From positions 101,494,001 through 101,558,000 of the forward strand of contig OX597814.1 in assembly GCA_951406725.2 (NCBI GenBank): DNA of 64,000 nucleotides. The letters are read 5' to 3'. Below the pieces are notes generated by a model. That model did not search any database. It worked only from the letters and a program-made list of their open reading frames with translations, and was not told the origin of the DNA. This document shows, piece by piece, positions 13,808 to 25,665 of the stretch. Numbering within the stretch: the stretch's first letter is position 1; every line of letters starts with the position of its first letter. The position numbers and the translations under genes are program-made. This DNA is from Octopus vulgaris. Its lineage: Eukaryota.

Positions 13808-14845
13808 CTACGGAAAGTGACAAATTAAAGAAGCATTTTTTTTTTCAAACGTCACAAACTTTCGATGCAAATTGATTTGATGCAATTTGCATTGAAACAA
13901 TGGTGAATATCTGCAACTGTTTGTTGTCGTAATTCATGTTGTTATGTCAGTTGTTTATTTTGACTGATTATTATACTTTTCCCATGTAATCATTCTATAA
14001 AATGAAATAAAAAATGGCGTCGTTTTTTCATCTTTTTTTTATTCTTTTTTGTGGAAGTCGAGCTACCGTTAACGCATCCTTGAGTGAGAAGTAAATCATA
14101 CGGAATATCCGGTCCTTGTGTAGACACACAGACACCAAGTCTGCTGTTTTAATGATATGATTGTGCTAATCTCATATACTTATTGTCCCTGTCATCACCC
14201 TTATTGTCGCCGTCGTCGTCGGCGGCGTTATTGCTACTGTTATTTTTTCCTAGCTTTATGCGTGTTATTGCTGTTACTTTCGTTGTGGAAATCACTGAGT
14301 CAGTGGTTGTAGGTGTGGATGACATTGAGACTGTGGTTGTTGCTGATGCTATCCTTAACGTTATTATATCGTTAATAACAAAAACATGTTATAATGTTAT
14401 TAATTATTTAGGCAACCCAGTCGTTAGTACAATAGAGAACCGAATACAAGGGATCAGAGTATTCAGTTTCCTCTCCCTATTTTCTGTTTTAGAGCCCGCT
14501 ACGATCGAGGTTACATATTTTGCTCTGGAAAGGTTAGTTGATAAATTAACACCAATATAAGTTATAAGATGCAATTAAATTTATTAAATCCCTGCAAAAT
14601 ATGATAAATAAAAGAAAAACAAATAATGAGCTTATCTTTTTCATTGTCAAATGTAATACTATTGCTTTATTAATGTCTACTGTCACGAGGAAAAGCAATA
14701 TCTATGATATTTCCAATGCCTCCGAGATTGGGAGAAGATTGTTATCCTCGAGACTTAGGCCAGACACTCCAGTCACCCAAAAGCCAGCTGGTGATGTTAA
14801 ATAGCCTGACGGATAAAGTTTGCCACCCAAGAATATGGATGATCA

Positions 14846-14970
14846 TGCAGCCGGATTTCTATATATTTTGTATCGAAGTCAATCGATACAAAGTATATGG
14901 AAATCCGGCTGCACTATGATGCCACTTATGATGCCATTTATGATGCCACTATCGGGTGGCATCATAAATG
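14846..14970. repeat. Two adjacent near-perfect hairpins (31-bp and 15-bp stems)
   Basis: tgcagccggatttc..tcga-agtcaa-tcga..gaaatccggctgca (14846-14913) and catttatgatgccac-tatcgg-gtggcatcataaatg (14935-14970). Confidence 0.85.
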
Positions 14971-14999
14971 CGAAACAAACTTCATCACACATAAGCACT

Positions 15000-15157
15000 T
15001 GCAGAACAAAATGCTTAGCGGCATTTCGCCCGTCGCTACGTTGTGAGTTCAAATTCCGCCGAGGTCGATAAATTAAGTACCAGCGAAACACTAGAGTCGA
15101 TGTACTTGACTAGTCCCTTCTCCTCAAATTTCAGTCTTTGTGCCTATAGTAGAAAGG
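15000..15157 (+). mobile_element. Internally deleted SINE family A copy with (TTA)n/(TTG)n tail
   Basis: aaatgcttagcggcatttcg..gagttcaaattccgccgaggtcga..aagtaccag. Confidence 0.75.
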
Positions 15158-15278
<121 letters not shown>

Positions 15279-15302
15279 GTTGTTGTTATATAAATAATAA
15301 TA

Positions 15303-15552
15303 ATGCGCCCTTTTAAAGCCTAGTCAGGCTCATGGGCCCGGTTTCTCGGTTTCAATGGCGTATGTGTTTCCCAGCTGGACGGGACGCCAGTCCATCGCAG
15401 CGTTACTCATTTTTGCCAGTTGTGTGGACTGGAGCAACGTGAAATGAAGTGTTTTGCCCAAGAACACAACGAGTCGCCCGGTCCAGGTATCGAAACCACA
15501 ATCTTACCATCATGATACTGACACCCTAACCACTAAGCCACGCACCTCCACA
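15303..15552 (-). mobile_element. SINE family C (tRNA head plus V-domain-like segment)
   Basis: Minus strand: gtggcttagtggttagggtgtc..ggtttcgatacc..gcgatggactggcgtcccgtccag; related copies at 42370-42645 and 54835-55072. Confidence 0.8.
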
Positions 15553-15754
15553 GTATGATACGTAATAACCAATAAATTCAGCTCAGGAAAAGAACAGAGT
15601 ATTCTAATGTGGCCCAAAACTATTTGATACTGAATCAATAGCTTTGCGACTAATCATTCAAAATATTTTGTGTTTGCATTTGCTTTGCAAGATTCTTGAT
15701 ATGAACTCGTGTGTTGAAGATACTTTGTTGCATCTTGTGAAATCATACCAATAA

Positions 15755-15962
15755 TGATTTTCAAATTTTGGCACAAGACCAGCAATTTCGAGGAAGGAGC
15801 CAGAACATCGACCCCGTGCTCGTCTGGTACTTATTTTATTGGTTCCGAGAGGATGAAAGGCAAAGGCGGCCTTGGCGGAATTTGAACTCAGAACATGAAG
15901 ACAAACGAAATGCTGCTAAGCATTTTGCCCGGCGTGCTAGCGACTCTGCCAGCTCACCGCCT
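15755..15962 (-). mobile_element. SINE family A copy
   Basis: Reverse complement of the family A sequence. Confidence 0.85.
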
Positions 15963-16259
15963 TTAGTCATTATACTAATAATAAACAGATGCACCGATTC
16001 TGTTTCATTTTCTTTTTTTGTTTTATTAGTCAATTGGTTGACCAGTTAACCATATAACTAATCACTTGTTTGATTAATCGTTTGACCAGGCAGTCAAACA
16101 GCTAGGTTTGTCAAAGTCCTTTCGTCGCCATTCGCAACCTCACCAATAACGAGTCTTCTCTAATCTAGCTCTGCTTCAGTTCGGCCTGATAAATTCATGC
16201 AATTAAAATTACTTGAAATACCGAAATATTTTTTTGAATATTCAAATTTTGTTTTCTGT

Positions 16260-19200
16260 TGTGGCGAGAGTCACGATATTCCCTGCGAGAATAGACTGAC
16301 CAAACGACTATACATTGCAGCGGTTTGAGAGAGATAGAGAGTGAGAGAATAGGCGTTAATAGCAGGAAGTCGTAAAGAGTCGTATTGGCAGTTTGTCAGA
16401 ATGTCGTTTGTTGGTCCGTGCATGGTTCGTAGAGAGTTTGTTAGAGTGCTACGTTGTTGTTACCCTGCTTCGTTATATGTTTTATTGTTACTACGCAGTT
16501 ATAGTGTAAAAAAGGATCGTCATAACATTTGGCAATACAACAATATTGATGATGAGGATTCGAAGCTCATGTAGGTCAGTTATCAAATTTTTGTAATACA
16601 AAGTTGTTAATCACAGAAGACCTATTAGCTTCTATAATACAGTTTGAAATGCAACAGCAGTAAAAGATGCAGAAACAACTACTACAGCAACAAGAAATAC
16701 AACAGCTAATGGATCTATGTTTTAAGAAGTCCGGAAACACTATAAGTTCATTTTCACCAGACAGTGTATCAAACTTTATAACAGAACTCTGTTATAACCC
16801 AGAGGCGGATATAATGTTTGCGACGTACTTCAGAAAGTACGAAGAAAACTTCAGGAAACATTACAAGTCGTGGACGGACAAGGATAAAGTAAGATTATTA
16901 TTACATAAAATAGCCCCGTTAAAACATGAAAGTTATTATAATTTTATACTGCCCAAAAAAACTAGTGAAATTTATTTCCAGGAAACAATCGAATTACTAT
17001 CAAAACTGTCCAGTGATAAAAGCTCTCTATTCAAAACTCGATGGGAGTGTTGGAATATATTTAAAAAAGAGGGTGAAAACTTTTTTCGCGTATGCCGGGA
17101 CCGTAAACTGATTGTGCGAAAGGTTTAATCTGAAGGAACTAACTCCTGATATGTTTAAGTGCCTCGTTTCGTACAATACAAGGGCTGTTGGCAAACGAAG
17201 ATGCGGAGATACGTGCAAGGATTCACACAAAACTTGAAGAAGTGGACCAGAATTTAGCCCTGCAGACAGTTCTAGAGAAGTGTCAAAGAATGGTATACTT
17301 GCGACTGAATGTAAAAAAAGTTTAAGAGAAGGATTTCTGAGAAGAACAGGCATGTCGACCGGTAAGGAATAAACAAAAAAAAGGATGTTTGGACCAAATC
17401 CATGCTACGGATGTAGAGGCTTATATTTCAGCAAGGACTGTCCTTTCAAAACGCGGAAATGTTACAAAAAATATGACACAAGAGCTCATATTGCAGAGCA
17501 AGGTTAGGAAGGTTGAACATAGAAAATTCTAAAGTTTTCTCAACAAAAAGTAGAAACGACACCAAAAAGGGGAAATTTGTATATGTAAAAGTAAATGAAG
17601 TGAATATTAAATTATAACTAGAAACTGATAGCGACATTTCGATTATTGTTACCGACATGTGGACAAGAATTGGGAAATCTACGTTAACAAAAACATCGAA
17701 AATTGTACGAGGCGTGACAGGTGAAAAACCCCGTCGAGAGTAGATGCAATTAAAAATATGCGTCCTCCGACTAGTATAACGACCTTAAAGCTTTTCTAGA
17801 TCTAGCAAATTTTGTGGTAAAATCTGTAGAGCAAACATTTTCGAGTTCAAAATGTAACCAATCTGTTCGGTATGGACTGGATGGAGTTGTTTGACTTATG
17901 GGATCTCCCTATAAGTCTGTACTGTAAAAAATAAATGGCTGTCCCACCATTAAAAATAACTCATCAGATGAATTGAATAAAAAATTGAAAAACTTGTTCC
18001 CTGAAGTGCTGTCGGATAAATTAGGTCTCAGTACTGAGACTGAGGCGTGTTTTGAAATAAATGGAAACGTCATATCTGTGTTCAAACCCAATAGAAAGGT
18101 AGCTTTTGCTGCGATAAAACAGGCAGAGGAAGATTTAGACAGACTAGAGAAAACTGGAATTATTCAAAAAGTGGATTATTCTAAATGAGCAGCACAGATT
18201 GTGTGTATTAAAAAAAAAATCAAGGTGTATGCCGATTTTTATACTGGCTTGAATGACTGTCTAAAAATGTGCCATTGTCCGCTATCTACTCCGGATAATG
18301 TTTTAACAAAATTAAACGGTGGCAAGATATTTTCGAAACTGGATCTGTCTGATACGTACCTACAAATTGAAGTATACGAGGAATGCTCGAAATTTCTAAC
18401 AAGAAATACGCATAAAGAACTATATTAATATAACAGATTGCCATTTGATCTGATGGTCACACCTGACATTTTTCAATAGGTTATGAATGCTATGTTAGCG
18501 GATTGTAAATTCACAATTCCACACCTGGATGATATATTAATTAAAAGTTAATCCCGTAATCAGCATGTCGAGCATGTAAAGTGCATTTTTGAAAAAATCA
18601 AAGATTACGGTTTCACAATGAGTGAGGAAAAATATGAATTTTTTCCCTAAAATTAAGTATTTAGGACAAATTATTGATAGAAATGGAAGACGACCTGACC
18701 CGTAGAGGGCAGATGCAATCAAAAATATGTCTCCTGCGACTAGTATAACGAATTATTATCAAAGCTACATACCAATCATGTATAATTTGAGAGCTCCACT
18801 GAATAATTTGCTAATAAAGGACGTAAAATAGAATTGGTAAAAAAATTGTCAAAACGAGTTTAACGATATTAAAAAAATATTAATATCGGATTTGTCGCTG
18901 GATCATTCGATCCTGCAGCGGAGATTGTTGTAACTTCTGACGCTTCTGAATACGGCATAGGAGCAATAATGCTGCACAAATATAAAAACGGTAATATAAA
19001 GGCTGTGTTTCATGCCTCACGTTCTCTGATAGCTACAGAAAAAAGCTATAGTCAAGCTGAGATAGAAGGTCTTGCAGTTATTTTTGCTGTGAAGAAATTT
19101 CACAGATTTTGCGTAGTAGAAGTTTTAAGCAAAACACTGATCACCGACCATTATTATCAATCCTGGGGTCGAAGAAAGGAATTCCTACTCATACTGCAAA

Positions 19201-19740
19201 TGATTGCAGCGTTGGTCTATGATATTGTTGAATTACGACTTTAAGATGGAGTGCATTCCTTCTACGAAAATTAGCCATGCGGATTATTTATCTAGGCTAA
19301 TTCCGAAGAATGCGGAACCACAGGAAGATACGGTAATATCTGCATTACAATCAGAAATCAAAATTAAAAACATTATGTGTAATGTCATTCAGGAGCTGCC
19401 AGTGACTGTGCAAGATATAAAAAGTAAATCAACAGAGGACAAATACATCATAAACTTGAAAGAAACCTTGAAAAATAAACAAAACAGAAACACGAATGAG
19501 AACCCTTTTTCTGTTTGCGACGATGTATTAATGTACGCACGAAGAGTGGTAGTACCAACTGCACTACAAAAACATGTATTACATGGGTTTCTTAGTGGAT
19601 AACCAGGGATGTCAAGAATTTAAAGCTTTGATGAGGAGTTACGTGTTTTAGCCGACAATGGACAGGAACATTGAAAATTTGGCCGACAATGGACTGGAAT
19701 ATTGAAAATTTGGCCACCAATGGACTGGGACGTTGAAAAT
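16260..19740 (+). mobile_element. Decayed Ty3/Gypsy LTR retrotransposon (Mag-like), 3'-truncated
   Basis: Putative 5' LTR TG..CA at about 16260-16542 and decayed PBS-like tgatgatgagga; gag-like ORF 16667-17128; CYGC zinc-knuckle remnant; protease-like LETDSDISII; RT IFSKLDLSDTYLQ..HLDDIL; RNase H TSDASEYGIGA..ASRSL..EKSYSQ.E.EGLA..FAVKKFH; start of the integrase zinc finger. Many stops and frameshifts. Confidence 0.92.
19651..19740 (+). repeat. Three tandem ~30-bp copies at the Gypsy truncation point
   Basis: gccgacaatggac(a/t)ggaa(c/t)attgaaaatttg, three times. Confidence 0.9.
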
Positions 19741-19764
19741 CATGCAGAAGTTTTGCATGATCAG

Positions 19765-19955
19765 TGTTTGTCTCCTACCACCACCTGCCAGCCGGTATTG
19801 GTGTATTTACGTCCCAGTAAGTTGACAATTCGGCAAAAAAGACCGATAGAATAAGTACCACGCTTAAAATATAAGTACTAGGGTCAATTTGCTCGAATAA
19901 AATTCTTCAAGGCGATGCACAGCATGGCCGCAGTCTAATGCCTGAAACAAGCAAT
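19765..19955 (+). mobile_element. 3' half of SINE family D
   Basis: ttcggcaaaa..gaccgatagaataagtac..cagcatggccgcagtc..tgaaacaag. Confidence 0.8.
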
Positions 19956-20251
19956 ACATACATATATATATATATACATACATACATACATATATATATA
20001 TATTTATATATATATTATGGCGCCATTGTTTTACTCAATAGAAGTAAGAAGTCAGGAACCCATCATGCAACTTACCCGTGTTCTTAACGTCATATACATA
20101 CAAAACGGTAAATAACCAATGAAATCACACCTAACTTTAATTAATTCTCTCTCTGAAGCAAATGACTAACAGAATAATTAAAAAGCAAAAGCATAACGAA
20201 AAAGTAAGAAATATCTTTAATACAATGTTATCACATCCCTGAGGACTTCGG

Positions 20252-20288
<37 letters not shown>

Positions 20289-20589
20289 GACAAAAGACAA
20301 ATAGAGAAAACCGCTAATCTTAATATTAAGAGAAAAATGGCGCTTGACAGTGTCTTTAAAAGTTTATGTAGAAATGCGCTAGCTGTCTGGACTGATGCTT
20401 AAAGAGAAGGAAACAAGTACGCGTTTAATAGTTCTGAACTATCACAAGTGAAAACAATCTTTATTGACGTGAAGTAAAAACACATACAAAAAAAACAAAT
20501 ACTATAAATAAATAAATAAATAAATAAATATCTAAGAATTCTTTCATAAGTTAACATCCCCAAGAAATCTTAACTTAGAAAGGAAGTGA

Positions 20590-20750
20590 AAGGATACAGC
20601 TAAAATAAACCCACCCTAGTTTATAATTGGAGCCCTGGAGACTATTAAACTGGAGACAGGTTGGAAATATCTTCTGGGAATAGGGAGCACTCCAAATAAA
20701 TGAGGAACACTAACTGCTGTTAATAGCAAACACCCTTGAATTTTCTAAAC
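20590..20750 (+). mobile_element. Highly decayed R4/Dong-like 3' remnant
   Basis: IIGALETI-like peptide and a downstream actgctgttaatagca segment reminiscent of the fragments at 5.9-7.6 kb. Confidence 0.3.
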
Positions 20751-20774
20751 GCGAAAATTGGCTATTACTGTTAC

Positions 20775-20815
<41 letters not shown>

Positions 20816-21511
20816 CAGCAGCAGCAGCAGTTATTGTTTATGATGTTGTTGTTCTGGCTGCTGGTGTTTGTATTATATTTTAATATTTTGTTATTAGAGG
20901 TGTTATAGTCCACGTACGCAAGCGTACAAACACATACGCACACGCACACACACACACACGTACACGCACACATGCATTTATATGCGCGCGTGTGTATGTA
21001 TATGTATATATATACATATGTACAGATGTATGTGTTTGTGTGTGTGTGAGCGTGAGTATAAATATATATGCATCCGTATATGCTATTTATGAGGTAGAGG
21101 GAAGTATTCTATTAGATCACATTAAGGTCAGATTTTTGGGGCCATATTACTATTGAATAGTCTGGCATGGGGCCAATAAACACTTCATAAAACAACGAAA
21201 GCGGTAATATAAAAGATACATGTGCTCGTGTGGTGGTGGGGGGCGGAAACGTGCGAGTGCTTGCTAATGTGTGAGTGTGTGTGTGTGTGTATGTGTGTGT
21301 ATATGCGTGCGTGCGCGTGTGTGTGTGTGTGTGTGTGTGCAAGTGTTTTAATTATTTAGTGTATAAATATATCGTATACGTACGTCTAAACGATGTGAAG
21401 TGTAGATAGACTGATAGACAGATATTAATATACGTATACATACACCTCCGATGAGTGCCATTTTTTGTTTGAACATATACCTGTAAACACAAACATTCAT
21501 TCATTCTTACA

Positions 21512-21611
<100 letters not shown>

Positions 21612-22555
21612 CATATATGTATATATATACATATATACACATATATATGTTATTTTTGACTGTATATATATATATATATATATATATGTCTACACAATAC
21701 ACACACACATATATGTATGTGTTTGTGTATTTATTTATGTGTGTTGTGTGTGCGGGTTTGTGTGTGTCAGTACAGAGAGAGAGAGAGGTGGATGTAAAAT
21801 AGAAGCATTAGCTAGGAGAGAAAAGAATGAAAAGAAAAGAAGGGGAAACAGATGGGAGGTAACCCCAGATTTTGGCTAACACTGTTTATATAGATGTTTT
21901 CCCGGAAATGACATGATAAAGATACGACCCTCCTTCTTAGCCACTATGGCACCGCCTTTCCTTTAGCGCCGTTTGGAAAAGCCATCACATTCCCGCCTAG
22001 CAATTAGTTGCAAGTTTAAGTGAAGCGCTTATTAATCCCTAGCTCTTATTTCTAATCACTATTATAGAAAGCAAAGCATCATGATGCCATTTCAATTTAT
22101 TCCCACAAGACCTCAAGAAATTCAACAATCTTTTTGATGTGCTATTATGATATTTGTCCATTTATTTGCTTCACTCGTTCACGTATTCTCTTTCTCCACC
22201 AATACTCTCCCTTCACCCCTCTCTCTCTCTCTCTCTCTTTCTCTTTCTCTTTCTCTTTCTCGGTCTCTTTCATATCAAATATAGGATTTATTATTTATAT
22301 CTCATATATGCTTATATATGTGTGTATGTGTATGTATACACACACATACACACACAGAGTATAACTGTCTAAATTTTCTTCTCGCTTATACAAGGTTACA
22401 CATTTATACAATATATTTTCTTTCTATTATTGTAGTATCGACATTATTATTAACAACTTTCATATATATATACATATATATATATATACATATATATATA
22501 TACATATATATATATACACACACATATATATATACATATATATATATACACACAC

Positions 22556-22626
<71 letters not shown>

Positions 22627-22675
22627 CGAGTGAGCAGACAAACGATACATTAATATACATACATATATATTCATA

Positions 22676-22744
<69 letters not shown>

Positions 22745-22781
22745 CATTATTATTAATAATAACCTTATATATATATGTGTG

Positions 22782-22900
<119 letters not shown>

Positions 22901-23544
22901 CTAGATAGATATGAGTATGTATGTACGTATGCTTGTATATCAAGATGACGGACTCCAACACTTACCGACAATGACGCTGCCCTGTCTCCAGAACATCCGT
23001 GTCCTTTATCATCTCATCCGTGCCAACGAATGATATGCCTCGTTAACATGGCTCAACAATTTACACCTAAAGCGGATTACACACACACACACACACACAC
23101 ACAAGCATATGTATGTACGTATGTAAGTTTGTGTAAATGTGTTGCAAATTTTTCCTCATATATTTATGTTTTTACTATAACAATTACCTTTAATGGAAGT
23201 CATTGACACCCTCGATAAAACGTTGGAATATAAAACGTCATTTGCTATCTCGTTACCTCCCTTGTACGTATTACGTTCAAACCCATCTGTGAACAAATTT
23301 AACTTTCGGGGCATGATAAAATATATAAGTTCCGTTTAATAGAATCGATTTTTAGCTTCCCTCCGATTTACATCTGTCAAAGTTAGCAATCAATAGACTT
23401 GAAAGATCACTGTATATAAATGCTATGTAACATTTAATTACATCTGTTGACGCTCCTAACTCAGGTCCCGTATGGACGGCTTCGGCTTTCATCTGTTCGC
23501 ACATTTCCTAACACTGTTCTCTTAAGTATAATTCTTTCAACTAT

Positions 23545-24100
23545 AGGCACGAGGAACTAATTTCTTCGGAAAGTTGGAAGTCGATTACACCGATTTCTGT
23601 GCTTGACTAGTACATATTTTTTCGATTCCGAGAAGATAAAAGGTAAAGTTGATCTTAGTGGTATTTCAACTCGTAAAGAGCCGGAAGAAACGACGTGAAG
23701 CATTTTGTCTTACGTAATAATGATACTGCTAGCTCACGTCCTTTCTCTTAAGAATAATTGTTTTTTCTCTTTCTAATTTTAGAAGAAGGCTAGTATTTTT
23801 AGGGAATGTGACAAGTCGATAATATTGATCCCAGAATTCAACTGGAAGCTATTTAATCGATCACAAAGGGGGAAAAGGCAAAGCTGACCTCGGCGGCATT
23901 TGAACTCAGATCATTCAGAAATTCCACTATGTATTTTATCGAAAGGGCAAACGAATCTGCCAGTTCACTCTTGACTATAATGAAACATGAGTGTTATGGA
24001 TTGGCGGAACAGTTAAAGGGTCGGACAAAATTCTTTACAATATTTAGCTACGAGCATTTGCGCTCTGATTTCAAATCCCGTGCCAAAGTCAATATTATTT
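23545..24100. mobile_element. Cluster of old SINE family A copies (two minus, one partial plus)
   Basis: Degenerate aagtcgattac..aaaggtaaagttga..gaactcag motifs. Confidence 0.6.
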
Positions 24101-24301
24101 CTCGTTTTACCAGTCTTTACAATATACCCCAACCAAGTATAGACACAGGCATGTCTGCTGGGTTAAGTAGTTCATTTCGTAGCCTTGCACTTCCGCGTTT
24201 GTTCTCACTCTTCAGCACATTGCGCCACAGTTTTACCGATATCTTGATGGTAGAATTTTGATTCACCGAAACTACGCAGAAGCCTGCCGTTTATACATTT
24301 A

Positions 24302-24354
<53 letters not shown>

Positions 24355-24371
24355 GCACACACACACATAGT

Positions 24372-24680
24372 GAGGGCGCACAGCTTAGTGGTTAGGGCAT
24401 TCGGCTCACGATCGTAAGGTCGTGAGTTCAAATCTCAGTGACGCGTTGTGTCCTTTAGCAAGATACTTTATTTCATGTTTCTCCAGCCTACTCAGCTGGC
24501 AAAAAAGGAGTAGTATCAGCCTTGTTATACTCTGTGTCACGCTGAATCTCCTTGAGAACTCCGTTAAAGGTACACGTGTCTGTGGAATGCTCAGCCACTT
24601 GCACGTTAATTTCACGACCACGCTGTTACGTTGATCGTATCAGCTGGAACCCTCGTCGTCATAACCGATGGCGTGCTCCT
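24372..24680 (+). mobile_element. SINE sharing the B/C head and body, with a different tail
   Basis: gcttagtggttagggcattcggctcacgatcgtaaggtcgtgagttcaaatc..gttgtgtcctt..actttatttca..ctcagctggc. Confidence 0.8.
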
Positions 24681-24712
24681 TTATGTATATATATATATAT
24701 ATATATATACAT

Positions 24713-25043
24713 ACGTCCAGACCCCTCCTACGCACTATTAGCTGGTCCTTCAACCATATTATCAACCCTATTATCTCCCCTTATTTCGCTCTCGCGTCTC
24801 ATGTTTGATCTTTGACCTCTGGCCGAAATCAGATCGCCATGTTGATTCGTTAGCTACTGCACGCATTTTTTTCTCTCCTTCTTTCTGCGTTTTTTTTCTC
24901 TCTGTGTACCTTTCTGTTGAAGAGCGTAGGCTCGAAACGTTAAAGACTTGTTTTATTTATATTTCCTGAGCGCCATACTAATACAATTGTTCGTTTGTTT
25001 TCCACCTGCCTTCGTCTTTTGTCTATTTTCATAAAGCTTCCCG
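24713..25043 (+). repeat. 5' pseudo-LTR
   Basis: No difference from 29187-29517 found by eye (offset 4474). Confidence 0.95.
24910..24945 (+). ncRNA. Candidate minimal type I hammerhead variant in 5' pLTR
   Basis: cttt-CTGTTGA-a-gagc-gtag-gctc-GAAA-cg-tt-aaag: 4-bp stem I, 4-bp stem II, palindromic ACGT stem III. Confidence 0.6.
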
Positions 25044-25665
25044 TTATATATTATGCGCTCACGTGGTCTCACTTTCATCCTATATTCTACCAATACCACT
25101 ATCAACACTTACCTCTACCTTGGATTTTCTTTACCTCTTGGATACTTACCATTGGCTGCACCTCTCTTTCGCGGATCAAAGTGACTTTGCATTGATGTGA
25201 AATCCTTAAAAAATATACCACGACGTCTATACATTTCTCACCTTGAACTTTCAACCTTGAACTTGTTCGCATAAACTGTCCCGTTTGTTGTATTTTTATT
25301 TTCTCTTATATTACCACTTTTTTTACATTCATTTCATGCTTTCCACATTTTCCTGCATTTTTGTTCTCCTTTCTGTCTTTCTTCCCTCTCTGGATGTCCA
25401 TACTCCGTTTCCTCTGCCTGCACCCCCCTTTTTTGCCTCCCCCTCTCTCTGCTTCCCTTCTTTCTTTCCCTTTTCCGTTTGCCCCGTCTTTTTTGCCCCT
25501 ATCGCTTACTTATCTAGTTTTTTCATACGATTATTATTTTTTGTTTTTTTGAACGTTTGTTTTTTCCCTTTTTTTTCTATTTTTTTCATACGATAATTTT
25601 TGTTTTTCGTTTTGTTTTTTTGTTTTTTTTTGTTTTTTCGAACGTTTTTTTTCCGCTATCCCATC

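Noticed and set aside
14183-14560. 125-aa hydrophobic ORF resembling a membrane protein
   Set aside because: Non-ATG start and built largely from degenerate (GTT/GTC/TTA) triplet repeats.
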